The translations under genes were made by a program, and so were the position numbers. This document shows positions 13,101-24,500 of a DNA stretch of 64,000 nt, one piece after another (position 1 is the first letter of the stretch; each line of letters opens with the position of its first letter). Under the pieces are notes generated by a model, which was not told the origin of the DNA, did no database searches, and saw nothing but the letters and a program-made list of their open reading frames with translations. Source of the DNA: Phoronis australis. Its lineage: Eukaryota; Animalia; Phoronida. Location: the NCBI GenBank assembly GCA_002633005.1, contig NMRA01000163.1:559961-623960 (forward strand), given 5' to 3'.

Positions 13101-13667
13101 CGGATGAATCACAGACCCGAAAAATATACCGCCGGTTTCAAAAAGATGAACTCTCTTTATGATCGACATTTCTATCACAACGATGAAAAATACTTCGACC
13201 TGTGCCACAAGCTCCAGTTATGACAAAATATAAGTTTAATTAGCACAAAAAATATGAATTAAAATAAAATATAATATGCAAAAATAATTATCTCCGCCGG
13301 GCAGAACCACGAGACTGACAGCTCACGCCCATTGGCAGTGACCCCGGCACTAGAAAAACGGGAGGAATTAGTGCAGAGAAACTTTTAGATTACGGTAAAG
13401 TCGCGAGATTTTCGGAAACTGAAAATTATTTCCAATTGAAAAAATTCATTCTTGGACGAATCTCGCGAAACATCATTTTTGTGCTTTTCGAATTTGGCGG
13501 ACCTCCAAATTTGGGTTTCCGCTAGTGTCCGAATTTCGTGGGTGTACGTGTACGTGTACATTATTTCGATGAGCGGTCGTAGTATCAACATTGCTGGCTC
13601 GGTCATTTGACAGCAGTATAATTGCAGGTAAATGACACTCAAATGGTATGCGCGATTATTTTTTGAA

Positions 13668-14109
13668 AATCTGACTTTCCCAATAAGAAATGCGCGCTGC
13701 CGACGCACAAAGACCGTTCCCGACAAGTGTTGGTTCTTCTTTTCAAAGATGCGCTTTCTCAATATGCGGCTTGCATTGCCGATGCTCAAAAACCGTTCTC
13801 GGCAAGTGACGGAATCTTTTCAAAACTGCGCTATCTCACTTGAAATATCGGGCTGCGTTGTGAAAAAAGAGTCTTCCTGGTGACAAATATGGGCTTTCCA
13901 ATGAGTGGGTCTAGATCTGGTTTGCGTTGTTGACGCACATGAAACCGTCGTTGCAGACAACTGATTCTCTTTCTTTTGTAAATATGCGTTTTCTCAATAA
14001 AAAATGTCGAGTTTGCGCTGTCAACGCATGGTTTCCCAAAAAAAAGCTGGACTTGCGTATTCGACGCACAAAGAGGGTTCCCGACCATCAAAACATGCGC
14101 TTTCTCAAT
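13668..14109. repeat. Degenerate repeat array (probably transposon-internal)
   Basis: CGACGCACAAAGA..GTTCCCGAC twice, and AA.ATGCGCTTTCTCAAT-like units about 4-5 times. Confidence 0.5.
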
Positions 14110-14567
14110 TTTAACGAATTTTGCATTAAACGTAACAGTAATGGATGAACGAGTTCAATGAAGAAAGTGATGAACAATGACGAGAACATAGCATATATTT
14201 ATGTTTTTCAAACGTATCCATGCATTGTCTGCTGGTTACAAACCGAAACGCAAGTTAACTCCGACACGTTTATTTCCATATTAACTGAAAGCTCAGTTTC
14301 CACATGAAAACTTCGAATGAACAATTACCCAAAATAGATTACAAAGACAATCATGATAGTAAAATGATTAGTTTCTCATCGACTCGTGATCCTCATTCGT
14401 CGTCCTGATAGTCGTCTGAATTGTTGAAGAAGCGCTGTCGTTCTACATGTTTAGGCCTACTGCAAACGATGGGAATGTTTCGACTAGTACAGTGCGATTA
14501 ACTAACATATTCTATATATAAGGGCGTTGTCTAGAAAGCGAATACAATTTCAAATGCTACCAACATC

Positions 14568-14723
14568 NNNNNNNNNNNNNNNNNNNNNNNNNNNNNNNNN
14601 NNNNNNNNNNNNNNNNNNNNNNNNNNNNNNNNNNNNNNNNNNNNNNNNNNNNNNNNNNNNNNNNNNNNNNNNNNNNNNNNNNNNNNNNNNNNNNNNNNNN
14701 NNNNNNNNNNNNNNNNNNNNNNN
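14568..14723. other. Assembly gap
   Basis: Run of N. Confidence 1.
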
Positions 14724-15745
14724 AGGGGGGGGGGGGGTAGCGGTTTTCCCAAAACAGCTGGCAGGTATTCATGGTTGAATACGATGAGGTGGACATGAAT
14801 ACAAACAACCAATTTGGATCCTTCAACGGAAACCCAAAATCTCGTAAGCTGGACTGCATTTTCGGTCTGGACCGCACTCGACCGCCTACTGAGTCTCAAA
14901 TGATGCGTGAACTCAGTTATAGAAAGTCGAGATTTCCGTATTGAATACACGGATGATCTTGCGCTCGCGCGTACGGTAAACATTGTAGAGATATCTCAAC
15001 TCAGTCCAAATTAATTCAAACTTCCACATCCGGTAAGTTTGTCAAAATTAAGACAAATCTTAAGTATAAACTTTAAACTAAACTTAGATCTTTTTAAACG
15101 GACTTCTGACAAGTTTAATTTTTTCTTCAAATTGGCTGAAATTTAAGACTTGTCTTTTTTAAATCAATTTTCTTGGAACGGCATACATGTATCTCCCAAT
15201 GGAACGCGAAAATTTGCACTTTTTGAACAGATCGTGACGAATTTACTTTTTGGAGATGCTAACGTTCTAGTTCTTGGGGCATTGCAAGAGTTTCTAGAAA
15301 AACTCGTCAGATTCAGTATTATGAAACACAGACGAAATATAAAATCTTTCATCCCGATATCTCAGTTTAAAATTCTCCGCCTCCACTATCAACGCGTATG
15401 CGCTCAAAGAAGTCGGACAAACAGGCTGCTGCTTGGAAACAAAATGAAGGTCATCACATTTTCAATTGGAAATGTCACGGTGCTGTCAACTATACCAAGT
15501 AAGGCTGTACTTTGATGGTGGGAGAAAAATTGTTGAACTGACGAGCAGTTGATAGATAGCCTTTTCTTTGAAATTGGAAACCAAATGGAAAAATACTGTT
15601 GCGTGGGCGGCGTACCATAGGACGGGCTGGGGGAGGGGCTTAAGCCCGCCACTTTAGTTCAGTGCTGCTCCGCCCATGGTCTATATATGGGCGATGCACC
15701 ACAGGAGGGCCGGGGGCTATATATATAGCCCCCCCCCCCCCCCTG
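14724..15745. mobile_element. Possible DNA element bounded by AG(n) and C(n)TG homopolymer termini
   Basis: G-run at the left end (next to the gap), C-run plus TG at the right end, subterminal palindrome GGGGGCTATATATATAGCCCCC. Confidence 0.35.
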
Positions 15746-16834
15746 NGTTTTCAATGCTGCGCCCGGCCGTACTGTTCAATCGGACATCAACTGAGAAATA
15801 CCACGTGAAAACAAGTAGTGAACAGTTTGACTCATGTTTTGTTTCAGTGGCAGAAAACCATACTGTTTTTTCGTGTTCCAATGAACGATAAATGCGGGTA
15901 ACTTTAAGCCCTTAATTCTGATCGAGGGGCGTTGTAGTCGGTAAAAAGTTCCCCGCTCTGTAGTAACCTATTGAGAATTCAATGCCGAATTCACTCTCAC
16001 TGAGTTTGTATCAAAGCCAAGAAAACTTAGTAAATGAAAATAAAACAGCATAAAAAGGACAATCATTGTTTAATTCACAAGTCTACAAAAAAGTTCGATT
16101 CATAATTGATTTCCCTGCGGGCCAGACAGGCTGTTTCGGCATACTGTCTGTTCAGCTGGATTCCTAGTCAGCCGCCGGAGTGAGGCCCGTGGCTTCGGGT
16201 TTGGAGTTTTGTCAGTACCGGACCAATGGAGTATGCTTTATAGCACCGTGGAGTTTTTAGCGCGAAGTTGTACCGCGGCCGGGTTTGTTTCGTCGCCGGG
16301 GTACGGCCGCAAGTTCGCCGGGTTTTGACCGGACCCGAAGCTGGATGCGCGGCCGTCGGTAACATCATAGATCTATGCTATCATGATGGTGATGGCATTC
16401 AACGAATTTGTGGACCCAATGCACGAGAATAAGATGCGCAGCGTCGCAAAGTCTACACAGGCGCTGTCACGTAAAATTTCTTTTGTCGGGACTCCATAGC
16501 TGTGCCTCATCCCGAGTGGGACATGACACTAGGCTCGTTATAGTTGCAAGGCAAAATGTGGACCCGCCCGATGGCATCGATGCGAAGTCAGCATGCCCTG
16601 AAGTACGAAACTCGGCAATAACTGACACCCCCTTGTTTATCCGGAAACATCTCGCGTAATCTGGCGAAGTCTTGCTTTTCTACCGTCCTAGACGTTACTG
16701 ACCTCCAACCAAAGACGCTACGGTCTCTGCTCCAACCAACCTGGCGTCGAAAAATATGCCTAGTCATGTTGTTTACTTACAGAGGGCGCTGTAAATCATT
16801 CATGTTTACGATTTCTTTCACTGGCTCTCCTTTG

Positions 16835-16849
16835 ATGACACTGCATTTT
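16835..16849 (+). promoter_or_regulatory. Antioxidant response element (CNC/Nrf2-sMaf type) ATGACACTGCATTTT
   Basis: Matches RTGACnnnGCA plus AT-rich flank. About 60 nt upstream of a strong donor AAG|GTAGGT (16907|16908), which may end a non-coding first exon of GSS paralog 1. Confidence 0.5.
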
Positions 16850-18488
16850 GTGTGAAACGCGTGATCAGGTGGTAGCTGTTCGTCTCGAGGAAAGCAACGT
16901 TATCAAGGTAGGTACCAATGTTATGGGTGCTGTTCAATGTTGCAAAACCGGCAAAACCTGAGAAGTTTTTACTTTTGCTTGCCGGTGGCTGTGCCGATGT
17001 CGGGGGTGGTGTTCACACAGTTCACAACCATGGCAAAATAGAGCGAGACTGATAGCCAGTCAGCTAGTTGCCTGTACAATTTCCATTATGCAGCTTTGTA
17101 CCGGTGACCAGAGTCTCACCCCCAACCCTAGCTGCTAGTGCTTAATGAACGCCTAGGCCTAGACTAAGGCCAGGGCAAGGCTAAGGTTCACCCGAAAAGA
17201 ACAAGCAGACATGTACACAAAACATGTATCGTCCGGTTACCTATTTTCGTCAGGCTCCAAAGTTCGTCCGCCATCTTGTTTCGCGTGCAGCGCAACCACG
17301 CGGGACTTAGCGTTCCAATTTGGAGTGCTCGTCTTCACGTTAGGTACTAACCTCTCGGGAGAAACACGTATCAAAGTAATGAGACAAAAATCGGTGAGTT
17401 TACCGATTGTTTTTTAAAACCACTTAAAAATCAGTAGATTTTACTAATACACTTTTTTGTGCGTTTTCAGAAGATGTTTTCGAATTTAAATTTTCTTCCG
17501 ACGGGACACAAAACATGATCCAGGGTTTGTTTATGCAATGTATCTGTTTGTCCCAGGCACTAGTAGGATCTAGAAGGCCAAAGGAAAAATCCGCAGACAA
17601 ATGCGATACGCTGGGTTCTTAACATTTTTGCCTCACGTTCACCATTAAACTGCATTGAAATGTCCAATTGGCTTTTATTGGAAACCACAGTGCAGAGCTC
17701 AACATCAAAGCTTCAAATCGAGTTTATGTCAATAAAAACAGGCTGTTGCAATTTTCATTACTTCGTTGGCCTTTTTCTGCATGTTTCTCAGTTTTTACAA
17801 AAGGGGGCAGCATATGACGAACTTAGGTGTCACAATAAAATGGCTGCCGAAGGCAGTGCACATTTGAAATAACTCGGCACAAATTAAAGAAAACTTCCGA
17901 ATCGATGAATGCGGTATATCTGTGAGAGTTAAATCGAATCCTATTCAGATCATAACTTTGAAGTGGAATAATTCGGTGAGTACAACAGCAAGTCGGTTTT
18001 ATGCTTAGGCGGACGAACATTGGGTTCCCCAGTATACTAGCTATCACTGTCTCAAGCAAGCAGGCCAGGGTATCATGATTAGATTATGATTAGATGATTG
18101 CTGATGCCGGTGTATTATCTGCCTGAATTGTGACGCGACCAACTCCCTTCACTCTCCACCCACTTAGGTTTAGCAAGCTGCGCACCAAAAGCTATGAAAA
18201 CCAAATCTAGACTATCATTTGAAAATGTCGTCCAATAATATGTTTTAAAGATGTTTACTTGACAGTTAATTTTCTGCGCATATGCTGGAATGTTTAAATA
18301 TTATTGATTTTGCTTTACATAATCGTATGATACTAGCCGCATTTTGCTCTTGTTGGCATGAAAATTGTGCAACTTGAGGTTACTCTATTTTCAATTGATT
18401 TCAGTCTATATTCGAAATTTTGTCGATTAGGTCCATAATTATATGATTTAAAATTTTCTGTTTTTTAATCCGCAGACTGCTCCACACA

Positions 18489-18576
18489 ATGTGTGCAATG
18501 CCGTGGATGGAGGACCTCAGTGAACAACAGATCGAGGAGATTGGTTTATTTGCAAGAGATTGGGCATTTCTTCATG
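18489..18576 (+). CDS. GSS: GSS paralog 1 coding exon 1
   Basis: MCAMPW...ARDWAFLH|gtcagg; acceptor ccgcag just upstream. Confidence 0.85.
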
Positions 18577-21500
18577 GTCAGGAAATTTTTTTGTTAACAG
18601 CATATCTGCTCCATTTGTTTTGGATTGTTCAAAGAAGCAATGTTAAAGTCCCAGCATTGCTAATTGGGTCAAACAAATGGAGTGAATTTATGTACTGTTT
18701 GGTCTTAGGAGTTCACCATGGCAACAAAATCAGTCAACGATCGAGAGATAGTCCAAGCACACCCAGTGCAACTCTCTGGATGTTAAGCCAAATTTGTAGT
18801 TCGAGAAAACGCCTATGCGGGGGGCTCAAAAGTGTAAAATGCAATGATGGCCAATACTTAGGTCGAATGCTGAAATTCTCCTGATTTTCTCAATTCAGTC
18901 CTGGTAGGTGTTAATCTGCACATGAACAGTAATTTGAAATCACTTTTAATTCCTCATTTCCTTATCTAGTAAGCACAAAATATTGTTGACAAGTGAAATT
19001 TCGTTTTGTCATATTTCTTGAGCAATAAAGATAGAGACTAAGAAAATTTTTGTTACTTGTTTAGCTTTTTTGTAAACTTTTCATAGTCACACAATCATGT
19101 TGTTTTCTTTGACATGAAGTTACTAGATAGCACTTGAAATTGCTCCATGATGGCCATGCTGCCTCAGCATGTGAAACTAAGCTGGCATGACAAGTTAATG
19201 AGTGGTCCTAATCTGAAGGTATAATGAATTGTCAGTTCCTGCCAATCTTTTCTTATTTGAGTAAACAACATGATGTAGGGTCGATCTTATAATGATATGG
19301 AGTTTCTTTTTGACAATTCAAACTTATTTCACCTTATAAGCGATATTTAGATTATTAGTAGAAAGTCACTAGGCTTCTTTTTTTCCACGACAAATATTGT
19401 TTTTCTCTTGTATCATTTGTTGCTATGTTCTCATTTTCGGCATTTGAGAAAGTTCACTGCCTTCATAAATATTTTAGATTTTTTGTAATTATTTTTTATA
19501 TGATTATTACAAAACGTAAGTAAGGCACCCCTATTGTCAAAGTTAATGGTAATTTCTATTCTTTGAATACCTCTGTAAACATAATTGACCCTGATAATGA
19601 CGTTGCAGGGATCACCATGCGCACATCTGAGGCTCCTGGGATCTCAAACCAAGCCATACACACTTCTTTGACAATGTTTCCTTCGCCTTTTAAGAGAAGA
19701 CTCTATGAAGAAGCCGTGGCACTGCAGCATGACTTCAACCTCCTCATGTTTCGAGTTGCCTGTGATTACGACTTTTTAAAACACTGTTTAGAAAGGTAAT
19801 TTACATAGAACCTAGACTGTAAATTGCTGACCAAGACAAATTTGTGTCCAATGAAATTGATCGGTTACTCTTTTCATTTTGACTCCATACTTCCTTCGCT
19901 CAAATTTGGATTAAGATGGCACTGAAGATGTGAAGTATGGTATGAATTCTATAGTTTGGAACTGCGAAAAATTAATGATTTTGATCAGTGTTGTAGATTG
20001 TTCCAAATTTTAGAAATTGGCACAAAGTTGGCCATCTCTAACATAAGGAGTGCAGTCAACAACAACAAACATTCACCTTGATGCTACACACTATGGGAAG
20101 GCATGAAAATTTTGTGTCGGTGGCTATTTTTCACAATTTTATGAATTATCGACTAGCAGTACAAAACGTAGAAATATGATGGTGAACACCAAATTTTAAA
20201 TTGCCTACTGCAGGCATGTCTCAATTTTCAGATTCAAGAAAGTCTAATTTCGGCTTAAATTTCAGCTGGTGTCGCAAAGACTATCCCAACTTTTATGGTA
20301 CTTTCAGTGCAAAGTGACGTATATATTCTCATAAAAAATGCGAATATTTTGAAACACAAAATTTCTAGCATCTGTCCAGTGTTTTACTGAATTGATTTTC
20401 ATCTAGTTTTCTTCACAATTTTTGTGATAATTTCATAAAAATTCATCTCTTTTTTGTGAAACTGCTGCACCCTATTTTGTTTCTAGGTGATATCTGTCCC
20501 ATGGCACGTGGTGGATCATTCTCGTTGCCATCTTCCCATGTGTTTGCTATGGAGTGTGATATGTTGATCACAGTTGTCAAAAGCGAATGTAACTAATTAG
20601 TAAAGACCTTTGAAACCTTAGAGACTCATATTTTGCAATATTTTCTTTTGAGGACTAACGTGTATTTACGATTGTGAATTTTACTGCTAAATTAGTAAAT
20701 TACACCACTTCTGAAAATGTTGATCGTGGCTTTGTTTGTTTATGACAGTTATTATTTTCTTTCTTTTCACCAATCATTTGTATTGTAACATTATTTATTT
20801 GCAGCATTATTAAAGTTGACGCCTTCACGAAAGGACTTTGGGATATTTATGAACGTGTTCAAGAAGAGGGTGTTACTCAGGTACCACGTCAGTTCATGTA
20901 AAATATTCCCGTCTACCCCTGAACAGTTTAAATTAATTTAACTTTGTCTTCTGGTTATTTTATTTCAAATGTAAGTCAACTATATTAAGAAAATGTTTTC
21001 CAATTGCTACTGTATGTCTTTTCCTTTCTTCCAGCCTTGCACACTAGGTGTGTTCAGAAGTGATTACATGCAGCACTCAACAAATGACCACGAGACGTGT
21101 TTAAAACAGGTTGAATTCAACACAATTGCTTCGAGTATGGCGTCTTTTGCTAAGGAAGTTTCAGGCTACCATAGGTTTGTTGTTCAATGTGCAGGAATGT
21201 CAAATGGCTAAAACTGAAAAAGCAGGATTTGCCAATGAGGGTTAATACCTTGCTTGGATTTTTCATTACACCCATCGCTCAATTATAAGCCTACCCTGAA
21301 TTACTGCACCTGGGACTTTCAGCTCAGCACTTTTAAAACCATCATAAATTCTCACAAACATTTCTAAGTCTGGTCAGCATGCCACCTGTGGCCACATCAT
21401 GTGACCTAATGAATTTTTCTGATAAGGTTTCTGCCCCAAGACTTGAACTCGTGATATTCTGCTAAGGCCGTGCACAGGTGGCTTGATGACCAGACATAGA

Positions 21501-24500
21501 AATGTTTGCTGTATACATTTCCATGCCGATTTAAGATTTAAATTTGTAAATGTCCAACGAAGAATTTCGGCTCTCGAAGTTCACACAATTCTCTTACCTG
21601 TGACAAATCTATTTTCAATTTTTCAGTTTATTTGTTGACTCTGTATAAATCATGATGAGGTGGTTAGCATAAACATAGCTGCGTAATGTGTAAAACCTTT
21701 ATTGATGGTTCAAGTTCATATACATCCTTGAAAATTTTGTTTTAACACCCATGGTCGAGTTAATGGCCATCACCTGATTTTTTGTTTTTTTCAAATTAAC
21801 CTACAGTGCAGGTCACAAATTGTTACCTCACAGGTTGGCATCAAGTTGCGATCCAACTTGTTGACTGCTCGTCTAGCCATCACTGTCGAGATAAGCAACG
21901 GTTTGCAAGCAGTTGTCAGTTCACTCCCCACTGTGGTCGTCACTTAGGTAGGCCCTACCTAAGTGAAATCTGGGACAACCTCATGCTGAGGTGTATTTTC
22001 TAACATCTTGCCCATGCATTAAAGCAATGTTTCGTTATTACAGTCAAATTGATGAAATTCAAGAAAATCCCTGTATGTGGCATGACAACAGGGAATATTG
22101 AATAGCCTTCATTCGTGTGCTGAACATGCCTTTTAAAGGAGAATCCTTCATTTAGACCAGTTGTGTCCCCATTCTATCAGTCACAACTTCTGTTGTTAGT
22201 CACTGAGGCATATAATTAGCTGACAAGTCATGCAGGAAACAATACTTTGTAACGAGTAGCTCAAGACTTGGTTTTTTTGTTGGAAAATTGTTATTACTTC
22301 ACCAATTTTGAAAATTCAAGATTCCACATAGTCAAATTTTTAAGACCTATATTCAGATTTTTTTGGTTTCCATTGGTTTTCATATCCCAAAAATAAAATG
22401 GTAAAACAGAACCATGATGCTTTCAAAACTTCTGTTTAGGTGTTATCTGATAAGAAACAGTTGCCCTCACTGTGTGACAGTGAACAGAGCTGCTCTATAG
22501 ATAACTAGCCTCTATTGAGAATGGAATGTGGATAGAACTGGTTCCGGGGGACCTGTGTGACATTGGAGAAATTCAAAAGATTTCTCCAATTCGATGCTTG
22601 TCTCGCTTAAAAGGGACATTTACAGCTTGTCTGAAGTTGGAACTGCAATTGGCTGTGTGATATGCTTTCATTCTACTAACATTAGGAGAGCGGTCGGCTA
22701 TTTTTCCTACGGGTCGATGGCTAGTTCTCGACTCGTTTCCAGACCGAAATGCTTGACCTTTGCTATAGCATTATCCTGGATGAATATATTGTGTAGTTGA
22801 TGTAATCATTACACTCTATCAACAACAGTTGTGTTACAGAAACTGATTTGCTTTTATTCCTTCTTGTGTGTGCACGTGTAGTGTCAGAAAGGTGAGCAAG
22901 AATTAGTCGCAATCAGCTAGGGATTTGGTGGGACCTTGAATGGAGAATTCATGGTTAGTGGAAATCATAACATGACCTTCCCTTCGCACCCTGCTTTACT
23001 GAAACATTGCACTGGTGTGCATTCACATGCAACCACAGCTACCAAATATTTCTGTATATGAGCTCTTTCAATCAAATAAATTTCCGGAAAACATGCACAC
23101 TTTTGGGTAATCTATGCGTGTTGGAAACCCCGAAGCTTTCTAGCAGAGAACTTTTCTTTTCGAAAATGCCATCAGCTGAGTGTGCCCTGGGTTAATGGAG
23201 GTATTCACATAAATCTGTGACTGTGAAATCACTTTCCCCAGCTGGCAACTTATGTACATGATATGTGAAGAGAACTAGCAAGTTCATTAAATTAATGGTT
23301 GACTGGTTTTAATTCTTGCTCTTCAATGATTGTCACATGCACTCTTGACCCACTAAGTGAAATTCAGTTTTTGTTCTTTTTGTTTCTCATTTTGCCTTGT
23401 AATTTTTGCAGGTTTTTGATGTCCAGTTATCTTGGTGTTTTTGGTGGTGATAATCTAAACAACTGGGTATGTCTACTGCTTAACCACACGTTGATAACTG
23501 TAGTGGGCAGTTAACACCTATTTACAAATTTCACTACATGCATGATTTTTTAGTTCAGCCTTCTCAGTGTAATTTAAGAGCAGCAATTGCTTGAAAGAGA
23601 TTCCCATGCCAGTATGTGCAAGAGCTAGCAATGGGCAAGTTAGATTGAAGCATTCTTACGCAGCATTGTTTTGGGACTGTTGAAAATTATTGCCATTTTT
23701 GTATGCTAACTGGTGTCATGAAGGGATGTCAGCTCAAAAACACATAGTGACTTCACAGGAATCATGATTTATGATTGGCTTTGTAGGTGGTGAGATTTAG
23801 CATGATCGAATATCGGATACCTCGAGAATCGTTCACGCAAAGGACTTGCTATTGACTATTCAATGCAGTTACTTGATGCCTTGTGATGCTTGCTTTCAGT
23901 CTTTTTTCTGTCATGGTTGCGTCAACGTACTTATTGCAAAAGCGCATGTTTCAGTGGACCCATGCTTTCAATTTTGATGCACTGAAATGACAATTTGTCC
24001 ACTCATCCGTCATCATCAACTTATCCTGCTTAATCTTGAAGATGTTTACGAACTGACAACCATCCCACAATGCATTTGGAAAATGACTTCAGCACTTTAA
24101 ACATCGCATTTCTTCTTCCCTAAATGTGTATTCTGAGGTATCGATGAAAGTGAAAAAAGGAAATTGCCTCTGATGGAATGATATTTAGCTACAATTTCAA
24201 CTTCCTTGCTGCTTGATTATTACTTTTCTTACTGCTTCATGTTGCACACTATTTTGAGGTGAGACTGCACTAATTTTTACTGGTTCGTGGTACACACCAT
24301 TATGATGTGAGACTGCACTTCTAATTTTTACTGCTTCATGGTACAAACCAGTATAATGTGGGGCTGCACTAATTTCTACTGATTCATAGTACAGACCATG
24401 ACACGAGGGTACACTCTGAGTGCTTCATAGTACAGACCATTATGACATGAGGGTGCACTAAGTCTCTGTGTGCGTACACAGTGTTGCTGAGAGGAATATT

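Noticed and set aside
13385-15652. Several 70-150 aa ORFs around the first gap
   Set aside because: They lie in repeat-like DNA or span Ns, with no motifs or splice-consistent structure
18712-18725. X-box-like TTCACCATGGCAAC in GSS paralog 1 intron 1
   Set aside because: Single short motif with no supporting context; such matches are frequent by chance and in repeats
18577-18884. Extension of the 131-aa ORF beyond GSS exon 1 (likewise the ORF-track extensions of other exons)
   Set aside because: Read-through into introns; homology to the paralog stops at the GT donor
24231-24470. CRISPR-like array
   Set aside because: Eukaryotic intron; whole units are degenerate tandem copies with no unique spacers and no cas genes
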